This document shows positions 1 to 9,979 of a stretch of DNA of 64,000 bases, piece by piece. The DNA is taken from the IMG/VR virus record IMGVR_UViG_3300034071_001657. The stretch is one strand, 5' to 3'. The notes under the pieces are model-generated. The model did not search any database and was not told the origin of the DNA. It saw nothing but the letters and a program-made list of their open reading frames with translations. Numbering within the stretch: position 1 is the stretch's first letter; every line of letters begins with the position of its first letter. This DNA is from a virus. The translations under genes and the position numbers were made by a program.

Positions 1-655
1 CACTATTGTTTGAATTATATGATAAACCATTTGTTAAAATTAAATGATTATTTCTTCCACTTAAATCCAACATTGAGGGAAAAGTTCCTCTTTCCATTTT
101 CAAGTTTGTATAGTATCGATATCCTGTGTATGCACTACCACCATATCCAACGAACCAAGCAAAATCATTATTGTAATCACTCGGTGTGGTGATTAGATCA
201 TAACAATACTTCCAAGTAATGCCGTTCACAACAACCGTTTTTAAAACTGTTCCTATACCAATTCCAAGTGCAACGTGTGCGCCAGAACTACTATGTGCCC
301 TACAGTGAAACATTCTGCTTCCGTCTGCGCAACTATAGTCACTAGATTCTGCATACCAACCACTTAAACAGTATGCTGTACTTGCAACTAATTGTGATGT
401 AAGGTTGATTTGATATTCGGTATAAGCAACAGTGCCTGTCTGTCTTAGTACAAACGCACTGTCTCCAGGATTAGGAAACGCAATTACTTCATTCGTTGGA
501 TTACTACCACTCTCGTAAGGCATACCAGAGCCATCACCAAACGCACTATTGGTATAGAAGTTTGATGAAAAGACTGTTTGGTTTTTGATTGTTCCTGCAT
601 CCATGCAGAAAACTAAACCATTAGCGACTCCGTTTGGTCCTGATGAAGAACTCAT
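1..655 (-). CDS. LamG/ConA-like lectin paralogue with inserted carbohydrate-binding-like domain (3' truncated by window edge; missing from the ORF track)
   Basis: Manual translation from ATG 655: MSSSSGPNGVANGLVFCMDAG...MLDLSGRNNHLILTNGLSYNSNNS, open to the edge. ATGA overlap with the upstream stop; same N-terminal motif as its neighbours. Confidence 0.8.
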   Translation of the reverse strand, partial: MSSSSGPNGVANGLVFCMDAGTIKNQTVFSSNFYTNSAFGDGSGMPYESGSNPTNEVIAFPNPGDSAFVLRQTGTVAYTEYQINLTSQLVASTAYCLSGWYAESSDYSCADGSRMFHCRAHSSSGAHVALGIGIGTVLKTVVVNGITWKYCYDLITTPSDYNNDFAWFVGYGGSAYTGYRYYTNLKMERGTFPSMLDLSGRNNHLILTNGLSYNSNNS

Positions 656-1389
656 AGTCCGTATCTTCCTTTCCAAGAAATCCAATTCGACGATACTTCA
701 GTTTGAGTAAATGGAAAATTGTAGACTTTTATTGTTGAGCGTCTACCAAAAAATTTCCATCCGTATAGTGTTCCGAACAAGCATCCGCCACCATCATAAA
801 CACTAGTTCCTGAAGTATTATTTGTATTTCCTGTTCCTATTAAATTTCCATTTATATAAAACGAAAAAGTGTTTGCTGATCTATTCCAAACCATTGTTCT
901 AAGTCGCCATGTGTTAAATGTATTATATGGGCTAGGGACAGTAAAGATAATTTCGTCTTCATACGATCCACCAGAACTGCTTGACATGCCCATTTTAAAA
1001 GAGCCTACACCTATACCATGTTGCCAATCAAATCCTGTCGCTCCACCACCATAGGCACTATCACTTACAACAGACCCGCCGTCGGCCTCTGGATAATTCG
1101 TTGAATATGTATATACAGATTCCTCTATTGTCCATCCTCCAGTAGTTGTACTGAAAGTATTATTAATAGTTGTAGAATTTGATGTTGAGATATAAAAAAA
1201 ATCAGAAGTATTAGAAGAATTTTGAAGCCATGTATTCGACTTCTCTCCCAGATTAATTGTTCCATGATTGCCATTTCCGCTCAGATCATACCATGTGGTT
1301 CCACTTCCTGGATAGCTTTTAACATTAGCGGCATCATACGACAAAATCAGTCCCGACAACACCGTTTTTGCTCCATGAAACAAGCTCAT
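652..1389 (-). CDS. LamG/ConA-like lectin domain virion protein
   Basis: Start moved to MSLFHG (ATGA overlap). LSYDAANVKSYPGSGTTWYDLSG N-motif, FYING, C-terminal KGRYGL. Confidence 0.8.
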   Translation of the reverse strand: MSLFHGAKTVLSGLILSYDAANVKSYPGSGTTWYDLSGNGNHGTINLGEKSNTWLQNSSNTSDFFYISTSNSTTINNTFSTTTGGWTIEESVYTYSTNYPEADGGSVVSDSAYGGGATGFDWQHGIGVGSFKMGMSSSSGGSYEDEIIFTVPSPYNTFNTWRLRTMVWNRSANTFSFYINGNLIGTGNTNNTSGTSVYDGGGCLFGTLYGWKFFGRRSTIKVYNFPFTQTEVSSNWISWKGRYGL

Positions 1390-2102
1390 ATACCATACCT
1401 TCCGCGTAGGGCTTGAAAATTTTGCGCGATCTCTGCCGCGCTTAATGCTTTTTTGTATGCCTTGATTACCGATAGTTTTCCAGTATATATGCCGCAGCAA
1501 GGACTGCGCACAATTCCAGGTGCAGACGCATTCTGTGCTGTCTGTGATGCAGGTAAGCCTAGGTAATCCTGATATACTCCATCCAAGTACAATAAAACTC
1601 TTGGAGAGCCAGCCACAGAGCCTGTTCTATTGAACACTGCAACTACCTGATGCCATTTGTTGTTATCAAAAGAACTGGTATATGCAGCAGCGCCCTCTGT
1701 GTAATCAGGACCACATAGAGCATATATTCCATTCGTGCCAACACCAAATCTGAATCCATCACCACCGCCGGCGTTACTTATCAGTCCAACTTGACCAGAA
1801 GAAGAGTTAACATTTTTAACCCAAACTTCAAACGTGTAATCTCCTGTGCTATTGGTAATAGCACCACTAAGACTAAAACCTAGAGAAGAATCTGCCGAAT
1901 AACTGCCTGATGCTGTCGCAAAGTTAAAACATCTAGTAACATCAGTTTCAAAAGGTACAGAGCCAAACATAGAAGCAGTAATACCACTCGAACTTAAATC
2001 GGTCCATGTGGTTCCGCTGCCAGGATAACTTTTTGTGTTACCTGCATCCAAACACAAGGATAAATTCTCGGTGACCGATCTAGGACTGTAAAAAATTGCC
2101 AT
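1386..2102 (-). CDS. LamG/ConA-like lectin domain virion protein
   Basis: [46 protein letters not shown]. Confidence 0.85.
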   Translation of the reverse strand: MAIFYSPRSVTENLSLCLDAGNTKSYPGSGTTWTDLSSSGITASMFGSVPFETDVTRCFNFATASGSYSADSSLGFSLSGAITNSTGDYTFEVWVKNVNSSSGQVGLISNAGGGDGFRFGVGTNGIYALCGPDYTEGAAAYTSSFDNNKWHQVVAVFNRTGSVAGSPRVLLYLDGVYQDYLGLPASQTAQNASAPGIVRSPCCGIYTGKLSVIKAYKKALSAAEIAQNFQALRGRYGI

Positions 2103-2103
2103 A

Positions 2104-2361
2104 TTACATCTCAGTAGGTCTCATCGGCAGCGTCCACTCTTCATTGCTGAGAATAGCTAAGATTTCTTCGTGCGTATATGGGCCCTCTGCGCCTGTGAGT
2201 TCTAGTGTAGAAGCAGGTCTTTCACCTTCCCACTTCACAAATGTCTTTGTGCCATCTACACTTTTTCTTACTGTGTCGGCAGATGATTCTAACACTTCAT
2301 TGAAGTTTACTTTGTCTAACTCTGAGACTGAAAAGATTAAATAATTTCTATCGTTGTACAT
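2104..2361 (-). CDS. Small phage protein of a type that accompanies LamG arrays (possible chaperone/adaptor)
   Basis: Start MYNDRNY with GGAG SD. RKSVDGTKTFVKWEG and GPYTHEEIL motifs. Confidence 0.65.
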   Translation of the reverse strand: MYNDRNYLIFSVSELDKVNFNEVLESSADTVRKSVDGTKTFVKWEGERPASTLELTGAEGPYTHEEILAILSNEEWTLPMRPTEM

Positions 2362-2374
2362 TATGTTCTCCTGA

Positions 2375-3112
2375 TTAAATAACATTATATCTATTTCTAT
2401 GCGCTTTATACTGTACGTTCACCTGTGAAGCAGTATGAGCAACATCATTATAAACTTGCATTGAACCCATGTCTCCGGAATAATATCCCCACCCCCAAAA
2501 CACTCCAACACTGCCCATATTTCCGCCGCCTAATACTCTAGGTGAAGATACTGTCAAAACATAATCTTGTACACCGTTGACATACATGGTCATCGTTGTT
2601 GCACTTGATCTTATAAATGCAAGATGCTGCCACGTTCCTGTGTTAACAGACGCACCAGTGCTTGTATAGTAGTTCCACTGTCCATCGTATTGAAGATAAT
2701 ATAGTTTTCCACCATTTAATCCGTACCCGACGTTTACTGGTCCACCGCTCCAATGAGAGAAAAATCCCATCTGAGCAGATGATGTTGTTCGTATCCAAAA
2801 GTATACGCTGCATACTGTTGACAGTAATACTGGCGTGCTTGTATTACCAGTGACACTATCTTGCATAGAAAAATAATCGTTTGTCCCATCAAACGACATA
2901 TAGCCTAGATGGTCTGATCTAAATATTGGGCCGTTGTTCAGTGTGCTATTTACATTTCCTTGTAAATCATATGCAGTAGAAGAGCCAGAGGTGAATGATA
3001 GTGGTCGAGCAAAATCTATAGCATATGTTAAATTGGTGGGTATTAAACCTACTAGAGAATTTTGTCTCGACTGATTCGCCCAATTTGTAGAAACTCCGTG
3101 ATTTAGTCCCAT
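2375..3112 (-). CDS. LamG/ConA-like lectin domain protein
   Basis: FDGTNDY, WQHLAF, MYVNG, C-terminal AHRNRYNVI. Confidence 0.8.
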   Translation of the reverse strand: MGLNHGVSTNWANQSRQNSLVGLIPTNLTYAIDFARPLSFTSGSSTAYDLQGNVNSTLNNGPIFRSDHLGYMSFDGTNDYFSMQDSVTGNTSTPVLLSTVCSVYFWIRTTSSAQMGFFSHWSGGPVNVGYGLNGGKLYYLQYDGQWNYYTSTGASVNTGTWQHLAFIRSSATTMTMYVNGVQDYVLTVSSPRVLGGGNMGSVGVFWGWGYYSGDMGSMQVYNDVAHTASQVNVQYKAHRNRYNVI

Positions 3113-3114
3113 TT

Positions 3115-4293
3115 CTATACTCCGTACCTTCCACGTAATGCTTGAAAGTTTTGTATCACTTGTTGTGTGGATAACGCGAGATTATAAAATTTTACGTTAC
3201 TGATTGAACCAGACCAATATGCCCCGCCGCCAGTCCAATCATAAATTGATCCGCCTATTTTTACACTGTTGCTCTTATTGACGTTTGTAGATGCATTAGT
3301 CCATGTATTAGTAGAAATTAGTACGCCATTCGCATATAGATATAATTCATTAGCGGTATGTGACCAAACAACTGTAATATTTTTCCATACGTTAGCTTGA
3401 AAAACAGAAGACACTTCTGGAGTAGGCCCGTTGCCATGACCTCCTCCAGTATCCCAATACACAAAGCCTAAATTACTGCCGTTTTGTCTTACTTGCCATT
3501 CCCAATCTAACCCTTTGCCTATTATGCCTCTAGTTTGGGAAACAGTTGATGGCTTACACCAAAAATCTATAGACGCACTATTTGTATTGTTCCAACTTAA
3601 ATCTAAACCTGTATCTATGTAATCGTCTGTAGCATCAAAACTAAAAGTGCCATCCGAAGCATACGATAAATTTTGTGCGGTGATAGTATTATTATTTGTT
3701 AAATCTAAAATAGCCTGTGTGTTTGATCTTGTACCATCTACAAACGGTGAATAAATTGAACCTGCTTCCATTTGAGGCTCTTTCAATTCAAAGATATGAT
3801 TGTACGTCGTGTAATCATCACCGTCCTGCATAAACCATAAAACTCTTGTTGTATTAGCAGGCGTTGTTAAAGTAATAAAAGCTGTTTGCCAATCCTCTTT
3901 ATCAGTAATACCTAATTGTGCTGTAGTAGCAAATGACATCGTGCTTATGTAGCTGACGCCATTATAAGCTTGAATTTGAAAACGTAAGGTGGGCGCGCCT
4001 GCTATTTTTCTATATTTTACAGAAAATGTATATGTTGTACTTGCTGATACACCTTCAATATATGTATTTTGACGAGTATTTTGATTTATATCAGAGATTG
4101 TACAATAATAAGTGCTATTAATAGTACGTGTTCCAATATTACCTTGACCTGAACCATCAACTGACCATGCTGCCCACGAAGGATTTACTAAATTTGTGGT
4201 AGGTTTACCTTTCCAAGACTTCTCGGTGTTATTCGCATCATAACAGAAAACCAGACCACTAGTAGAAATTTCTGGACCTGAGAATGCACTCAT
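3115..4293 (-). CDS. LamG lectin protein with inserted CBM-like jelly-roll domain
   Basis: [11 protein letters not shown]-motif; YTFSV...PQMEAGS insert; FDATDDY; LYANG; [11 protein letters not shown]. Confidence 0.8.
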   Translation of the reverse strand: MSAFSGPEISTSGLVFCYDANNTEKSWKGKPTTNLVNPSWAAWSVDGSGQGNIGTRTINSTYYCTISDINQNTRQNTYIEGVSASTTYTFSVKYRKIAGAPTLRFQIQAYNGVSYISTMSFATTAQLGITDKEDWQTAFITLTTPANTTRVLWFMQDGDDYTTYNHIFELKEPQMEAGSIYSPFVDGTRSNTQAILDLTNNNTITAQNLSYASDGTFSFDATDDYIDTGLDLSWNNTNSASIDFWCKPSTVSQTRGIIGKGLDWEWQVRQNGSNLGFVYWDTGGGHGNGPTPEVSSVFQANVWKNITVVWSHTANELYLYANGVLISTNTWTNASTNVNKSNSVKIGGSIYDWTGGGAYWSGSISNVKFYNLALSTQQVIQNFQALRGRYGV

Positions 4294-5024
4294 ATGCTAT
4301 ATCTTCCACGATGAGCTTGAAAATTTTGTTGTATATCGGTGTTCGAAAATTTAAATCCATATATTTTTACCACACTAATTCTTCCACTGTACCATCCAGA
4401 TGATCCTCCTCGACTACCGAGATAAAGTGTATAGTTACCAAAGCTTCCTGAGCTAGTCGAAGTGCTTGTAGGATATCCAGGACCAGTAACAAAATTTACT
4501 AAATTACCATCGCAGTATGTCAGTCTTCCTGTGCTATCGGATACTTTAGAAAAAATATTAACATGTGTATTCCAAACAAATCCAGCCGTTTGTATTGCTG
4601 GCGGAGAATGTAAATAATTTCTTACTGCAACACCATTATGATTAGTGTGATGCATGCCTGAAGAGAAACTATTTCCGTCGCTATTAACAGATAACCCCCA
4701 AGCACCGCTGTTTGAATTCCAATCCGCACTATGCTCAATCAGCATCGATGATGGGCCTCCAGCTAACCTAAACCATATTTCGCATACTATGTAATCATAT
4801 GAACTAAGATTTATAGTATTTGTAGAAGCAGCAAAATCATTGAAGCCATCGAATACAATTGCACCGTCGAGAAATCCGATACCATTGTAAAGTGTAAAAT
4901 GATTACCGTTTCCACTTATATCAAACCAAGTGCTTCCACTGCCAGGGTAACTTTTTGTGTTGGCTGCATCTAAACACAGCACCAATGCGTTTGTAACGAT
5001 TCTAGGACTATGATTAAGTGCCAT
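4290..5024 (-). CDS. LamG/ConA-like lectin domain protein
   Basis: [41 protein letters not shown]. Confidence 0.85.
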   Translation of the reverse strand: MALNHSPRIVTNALVLCLDAANTKSYPGSGSTWFDISGNGNHFTLYNGIGFLDGAIVFDGFNDFAASTNTINLSSYDYIVCEIWFRLAGGPSSMLIEHSADWNSNSGAWGLSVNSDGNSFSSGMHHTNHNGVAVRNYLHSPPAIQTAGFVWNTHVNIFSKVSDSTGRLTYCDGNLVNFVTGPGYPTSTSTSSGSFGNYTLYLGSRGGSSGWYSGRISVVKIYGFKFSNTDIQQNFQAHRGRYSI

Positions 5025-5026
5025 TT

Positions 5027-6190
5027 TTATAATCCGTATCTTCCGCGAAGAGCTTGATAATTTTGTCGAATTTCTGCCGCTGACAAAGGACGATTGTATA
5101 ATCTAACAGAAGAAATATTTGAACTACTAGGATATCCGCCGGCATTATAGTCGCCTATGTATGTTGTTGCAGTATATGTTGTTGGCTGATTAGTCATTAC
5201 CTGCGTAGCCTCTTGAGAGCCATTGACATAAATCGTCATATTTGCCCCATCGAAAGTACCAACAACATGATACCAAACACCAGTTGTAAATACTGTAGTC
5301 GAATATATCACACTATATGATGATGCCGTTGTTCCTATAACTTCCCACCTCATTTGATTAGTGCTTCCTGGCATCCAAAAATTTACATAAGACGATGAAT
5401 TAAATCCGAAAAAGCCTTGATTTCGATTTATGGCATTCAGTTTTATCCAGGACTCTAACGTTCCGCCTGATGAGAAATTAAATTCTCTTGAAGTAATAAC
5501 GATTCTATCGTCGATTCCATCAAATAAGATACTTCCTCTGTTAGAAGAATTATATGACGGACCGTTGGTTAATGTTCCATCATTTCCGCGAAGGGTTAAA
5601 TCATTCCATGCGTTTCCGTTTTGATTATAAAAAGGACTAAAGTTCGTAGCGGCACTTCCTCTTTCTAGTTGCAGTCCGTCAACCCACATTGTTACACCTG
5701 TATTATAATTATCTATGCGCACCTGAACAAATGCAGTAGTTCCTTGCGTCATCGTATACGACCCCGACACTCTGGTCCAGCCAGTAGTTACGCTATAAAA
5801 TGTTTGTCCAAGTGCTGTGTAATTGCCAGAAGAGTTTGCTTCAAATATCATCAAAGAAGCAGTGTGTGACGTTGCGCCTTTTACCCAAAAACTAAATGTC
5901 CAAGTTTGTCCTATCGCTGCCGGAGCAAGATTCCATGTAGATGAATTATAAGTGCCTGTATACGCACTAGAACCACTAGTAACTATTTTTAGTGGAACAC
6001 CTCCGACAGGACTATCGGTAACAGAACTATCTCTAGATAGAGTCATTTGATACCCACCACCAGGACCGAACCAAGTATGTGAATCCAAAGGTTGAGGAAA
6101 TACATTCAGACTGTAGCTTTTCATATTAGCGGAATCAAGGGAAAAAATTACTCCGCTGGTTGAAACTCTAGGACTGTAACTTATACCCAT
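5027..6190 (-). CDS. LamG lectin protein with inserted CBM-like domain
   Basis: WTFSFWVKG...WTRVS...DGLQLERGSAAT insert; FDGIDD; WYHVVGTFDG; [11 protein letters not shown]. Confidence 0.85.
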   Translation of the reverse strand: MGISYSPRVSTSGVIFSLDSANMKSYSLNVFPQPLDSHTWFGPGGGYQMTLSRDSSVTDSPVGGVPLKIVTSGSSAYTGTYNSSTWNLAPAAIGQTWTFSFWVKGATSHTASLMIFEANSSGNYTALGQTFYSVTTGWTRVSGSYTMTQGTTAFVQVRIDNYNTGVTMWVDGLQLERGSAATNFSPFYNQNGNAWNDLTLRGNDGTLTNGPSYNSSNRGSILFDGIDDRIVITSREFNFSSGGTLESWIKLNAINRNQGFFGFNSSSYVNFWMPGSTNQMRWEVIGTTASSYSVIYSTTVFTTGVWYHVVGTFDGANMTIYVNGSQEATQVMTNQPTTYTATTYIGDYNAGGYPSSSNISSVRLYNRPLSAAEIRQNYQALRGRYGL

Positions 6191-6447
6191 CAGAAACTCT
6201 CTCCACAGATATGATTTTCCGTGATTGCTCTGATGGCACGAACGTATTCAAATGATGTCAAATTATTCTGTTGAAGAACCATGTCTACTGAATTCCAAAA
6301 TCCATCGATGACTTCCTGTGAGCATTCGCAACTACATATAGCGCGATATGGCACATATCCAAATGGTGCATTGTTGAAATCTATTTCACTTTCAACATCG
6401 CCTTGTATCATGCCTTGCGTCGTTAATATTTGAAAAGTGTATTTCAT
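6190..6447 (-). CDS. Hypothetical protein (85 aa)
   Basis: ORF coupled by 1-nt overlaps to both neighbours. Confidence 0.6.
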   Translation of the reverse strand: MKYTFQILTTQGMIQGDVESEIDFNNAPFGYVPYRAICSCECSQEVIDGFWNSVDMVLQQNNLTSFEYVRAIRAITENHICGESF

Positions 6448-7202
6448 TATCTTACCATTATCATGTATTGATTGGTTCCGCCATGTGTTAATCCATTGGA
6501 GACATAGGTATTGTTTTCAAAGTTTCCGCTACCGTCAGTAGTTGATCCTCCGCACCATGGACCAGCGTAATAGAAATTTGCGCCACAGTATGTAGTGACC
6601 ATAGAAGTAGGCACACCACCATACCCTGCAAATCCGCAACAATCTCGCATGTAGTAAATATTGCTACTAGTTCCTGTTACAGGATAACCTATTGCGCCTT
6701 GCATACCAGGAAATGAATCCGTTCCGTAGACTGCGGTGTTACTTTTTAGTGTTGATGTTGACGCACCTTGTTGAGTATCGCTAGTCAAAAAAGTAGTGTA
6801 GCTTATATCAAACCTTTTGTATATGAAAGGTCCCCAAGCATTATTATTTATGTTCGCTCTGTTGCCAAATATAAACTCTGTAAATGTTCTACTGGTTGCA
6901 TGCCAATATGTCCACCATCCGGCTTGATATGCTTGCGTGAAATCTTTTACTGAGCCTATTGGACCACCTTGCCAGCCCCAATTCTGCCCATTGTAATTCA
7001 CTACCGACGGATGGCTTCTTGCTATCATCATCCAGCCACCGCCGTCTGTAGTCATGTCGCACCAGACTAGTTGTCCAGAATTATTTCTTCCATTTGGCCA
7101 TAGCATGTAATAATTATCTTTTTGATAAAGATAAGGATATTTTTCAAGTAATTCTTTAGCGGTGGATGCCTTAGAGGTGTCTTGATTATAAACTAGTGCC
7201 AT
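6447..7202 (-). CDS. Fibrinogen-related-domain (FReD/intelectin-like) protein
   Basis: VWCDMTTDGGGWMMIAR signature; Cys/Gly-rich C-terminus. Confidence 0.7.
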   Translation of the reverse strand: MALVYNQDTSKASTAKELLEKYPYLYQKDNYYMLWPNGRNNSGQLVWCDMTTDGGGWMMIARSHPSVVNYNGQNWGWQGGPIGSVKDFTQAYQAGWWTYWHATSRTFTEFIFGNRANINNNAWGPFIYKRFDISYTTFLTSDTQQGASTSTLKSNTAVYGTDSFPGMQGAIGYPVTGTSSNIYYMRDCCGFAGYGGVPTSMVTTYCGANFYYAGPWCGGSTTDGSGNFENNTYVSNGLTHGGTNQYMIMVR

Positions 7203-7208
7203 AGAAAT

Positions 7209-7616
7209 TTAGTCCCTTCTTTTTTTATTTCCTATGTTGTACTTAGCAACTAGTTCCCATTCATTACGTTCAGAATATGCAATGATCTTAATCTGAGAAA
7301 GTGGAGCAATTAAGTCCCGTGTGACACTCTTGTCAACTAGAGACACAAGCCCCCATTCTTCTAATAGGTTTACGATAGTATTTCTTCGAGCAACATCGTT
7401 GTCATCGAAGTCTGTTGGTTTGCCATCAAGTCCGAAAAGTTCTTTGAAGTGTACAATGTAATATTTGCCACGTTTATGTAGAATATGACAAGATTGATAA
7501 AGCTTCTTTTCTTTTCTCGATGCAACCCCGATTCTTGTTAAAGTTTCTCTGACCTTTAAAAAATCGTCTTCCGAAGGCAACAAAACTTCAACTAATGTTT
7601 CCACGCTTATGGTCAT
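7209..7616 (-). CDS. regA: Translational repressor RegA
   Basis: DDFLKVRETLTRIG, LYQSCHILHKRGKYYIVHFKELF. Confidence 0.97.
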   Translation of the reverse strand: MTISVETLVEVLLPSEDDFLKVRETLTRIGVASRKEKKLYQSCHILHKRGKYYIVHFKELFGLDGKPTDFDDNDVARRNTIVNLLEEWGLVSLVDKSVTRDLIAPLSQIKIIAYSERNEWELVAKYNIGNKKRRD

Positions 7617-8019
7617 GCTTTTTCTCCTTGGTGTTCACCCCACCTTTTTCTAATTTATTTTTTATTAATTGTATTTGATCACCATTGAGAATTCTCAATA
7701 TTTCTTTAGCTTTTCGTTTGCTACACTGATAATATTCAGTTAATATATCGAGGTCCTCAATCTTCTCTTCCTTAAGCCATTTTGAGTATCTTTTCCTAGG
7801 CCTAAGTGTATTTAGTAAATAATTGAACTGAGGACTTCCATCAAGCGAGGCGCGTAGATTCATCTCATTGACGTAGAGAATTGAGTCAGGAAAGAAAGAC
7901 AAGCCTCTATTTACAATAAAGGCATTGTATGATTTTTCAGCAAGATCGTCATTGTCTGTGCCGCGCATCAGGTTTTCTTTTGTCTCTGATGCTGCCCTTA
8001 TGAAGTCAAAGGGATTCAT
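7588..8019 (-). CDS. gp62: Clamp loader small subunit
   Basis: YNAFIVNRGLS, NEMN, RKRYSKW; lies between gp44 and regA. Confidence 0.92.
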   Translation of the reverse strand: MNPFDFIRAASETKENLMRGTDNDDLAEKSYNAFIVNRGLSFFPDSILYVNEMNLRASLDGSPQFNYLLNTLRPRKRYSKWLKEEKIEDLDILTEYYQCSKRKAKEILRILNGDQIQLIKNKLEKGGVNTKEKKHDHKRGNIS

Positions 8020-8954
8020 TTGAATTCACATGCCGCCATCACTTCAGTCAGAAATGCGGCAAGATTGATTTCTTGGTCTGCTACGAAAGCCGCCTTGTAC
8101 TGATAGTCGGCGAGCAACAGAACCATCTGAGGCACAGAGTTAGGCTGAAGAATATCGACGATGTTATTGTAGAAAGTACGAAACAGAGAAGTCGAATCGT
8201 TGTCAATGTTATCAGCCACCCATTTTCGCATCGTGGAAAAATCTTTGGCTTTCAGTGCAGAGACTAGAGACTGGAAGGATGCGTCCGACATATTGGCTAG
8301 AATGCCAGTGTCGATTTGACCAGTGGCTGCATATCGCTGAAGTTCATTCAATGTGCGGCGAAAGTCTGGAAAGTGTCGCATGATCAACTCAGGCAACACC
8401 TTAGACTCGAACTTTACATTTTCATTCTTTAGAATTGTCATCACACGGCCAAAGAACTGTGTTGCAAGTTTCGGCCTGTCTGATTTATTAATCTTGAAAT
8501 GAACAACAGAGCACCTGCTGTGCAAAGGTTCAATGATGCGATTCAGAAAATTACAAGTAAGAATGAAGCCGCAGTTAGCGGAGAATTCTTCCATGAAGTT
8601 ACGCAATGCTGGCTGAGTGCTTTGCGGATTCAGATAGTCTGCTTCATCGAGGATGACATACTTACGTCCACCACTGAACGAAACAGTAGATGCGAACTGC
8701 TTGATTTCGTTGCGCAGTGTATCAATGTTGCCATTCATGCTACCATTGATAATAATGTAAGTCGCACCAACTTCTTCAAGCATGGCCCTGGCAACAGTAG
8801 TCTTACCGATGCCTGGGCCGCCTGACAGAATCAGATTTGGAATGTTTTTGTCATCGACAAACTTTTGAAAAGTTGATTTCAGTTCTTCAGGAAGAATAGT
8901 CTCCGCGATTGTTTTCGGTCGATAACGTTCGACCCATAGAAAGTCTTCGAGCAT
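8016..8954 (-). CDS. gp44: Clamp loader large subunit (AAA+)
   Basis: LWVERYRP, GPGIGKT, DEAD, SRC motifs. Confidence 0.97.
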   Translation of the reverse strand: MLEDFLWVERYRPKTIAETILPEELKSTFQKFVDDKNIPNLILSGGPGIGKTTVARAMLEEVGATYIIINGSMNGNIDTLRNEIKQFASTVSFSGGRKYVILDEADYLNPQSTQPALRNFMEEFSANCGFILTCNFLNRIIEPLHSRCSVVHFKINKSDRPKLATQFFGRVMTILKNENVKFESKVLPELIMRHFPDFRRTLNELQRYAATGQIDTGILANMSDASFQSLVSALKAKDFSTMRKWVADNIDNDSTSLFRTFYNNIVDILQPNSVPQMVLLLADYQYKAAFVADQEINLAAFLTEVMAACEFK

Positions 8955-8981
8955 AGTTCACTCCACACATAATAAAATACA

Positions 8982-9010
8982 ATGATAACTCAAATCGACA
9001 ACGAAATCAA
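8982..9010 (-). promoter_or_regulatory. Sigma70-type promoter upstream of gp44
   Basis: TTGATT-17-TATCAT on the minus strand; the -35 contains the TGA stop of the upstream gene. Confidence 0.55.
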
Positions 9011-9288
9011 TTCTGCTCAGTCTTCGTTACCGTTTCATAGAGAGAACTAATATCGTCAAGTTCTTGTTGAACTTCTTGGAAGTTTTGCTTGTGATAGATT
9101 TTGGCAAGCTTGCGCATGTACTTCTTAGGAATCTTCTGATTGTCTTGCACAGTCTGAAGAATGTCTTTTACCAAATCTTTCTCTGCTTCGATTCGAGTAT
9201 AACTCGAAGAGATTTCTTTGAGTGCATTCTCGATAGCCTTTCGATCAGCACTGGAGGAGGGAACAATCACGTTTGTAGTTGCAGTCAT
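9007..9288 (-). CDS. dsbA: T4 DsbA-like dsDNA-binding protein
   Basis: ALKEIS...IEAEKDLVKDI...LAKIYHKQNF pattern and size. Confidence 0.7.
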   Translation of the reverse strand: MTATTNVIVPSSSADRKAIENALKEISSSYTRIEAEKDLVKDILQTVQDNQKIPKKYMRKLAKIYHKQNFQEVQQELDDISSLYETVTKTEQN

Positions 9289-9304
9289 AATATATCCTTT
9301 TCAA

Positions 9305-9979
9305 TTACTCAACAAATTTAGAACCAGCTTCAGTTGCAATCCAATATTGAATCTTGCCGTTTGCAGTTTTGAAATGTGCCACACCCTTAGATGAAATGGC
9401 AACGTCATAGTTCTCAGATAGCAATTTAAAGTTCTCAGTCACAAAGATCATATTGAATTCAGATTGAGTTTCACCAACATCAATCGAGAAAACGTCAGAG
9501 TCTTGATTCTTAACATCGATAGCAGCAATCGAGATTTTGCTGCGGTCGCCTCGAACGCAGACATTAGGCAAGCCCATCACACCAGCAAGCTTCAAAATCT
9601 GCGACAGAGTGGCTTGCGGGAGAGAAAAATTCACTTCGGCGTTTTCTACGTTCAAGTCTTTTTCTGGTGGCGCAATGATCAAAGATTCATCAGAGAGTCC
9701 GTAGTTGGTTACGGATGAATCTGACTTGATCTTTAGGCTCTTTGCGCCATCGTTAACAATGATGTTAGGGTCCTTAAGAGAACTGACAACAGCAAGAAAA
9801 CGATTTAGATCATAGATGCAAATCGTGTTGTCAAAGCTTTCTGTAATCTCAACCTTAGCCAAAAGGTTCTGAAGCTTAGAAATTGTTCGAAGAGTGTTTC
9901 CATTACGAATGATGATTCCTGGATTGATTGATGCAAAATTTTTCAATACAGAAATCGTCGTTTCACTTAGTATCATCAT
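9305..9979 (-). CDS. gp45: Sliding clamp
   Basis: LSETTISVLKNFASIN, IYDLNRFL, YWIATE. Confidence 0.95.
   Translation of the reverse strand: MMILSETTISVLKNFASINPGIIIRNGNTLRTISKLQNLLAKVEITESFDNTICIYDLNRFLAVVSSLKDPNIIVNDGAKSLKIKSDSSVTNYGLSDESLIIAPPEKDLNVENAEVNFSLPQATLSQILKLAGVMGLPNVCVRGDRSKISIAAIDVKNQDSDVFSIDVGETQSEFNMIFVTENFKLLSENYDVAISSKGVAHFKTANGKIQYWIATEAGSKFVE

Noticed and set aside
1390-1500. N-terminal extensions given in the ORF track (also for the ORFs starting at 10388, 11232, 14675, 16178, 26251 and 46281)
   Set aside because: They overlap upstream genes or promoters; downstream ATGs have SD sequences or stop-start coupling and match family N-termini
7809-7816. ACTAAATA inside gp62 as a late promoter for regA and the lectin array
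   Set aside because: Two mismatches to TATAAATA within AT-rich coding DNA; cannot be distinguished from chance
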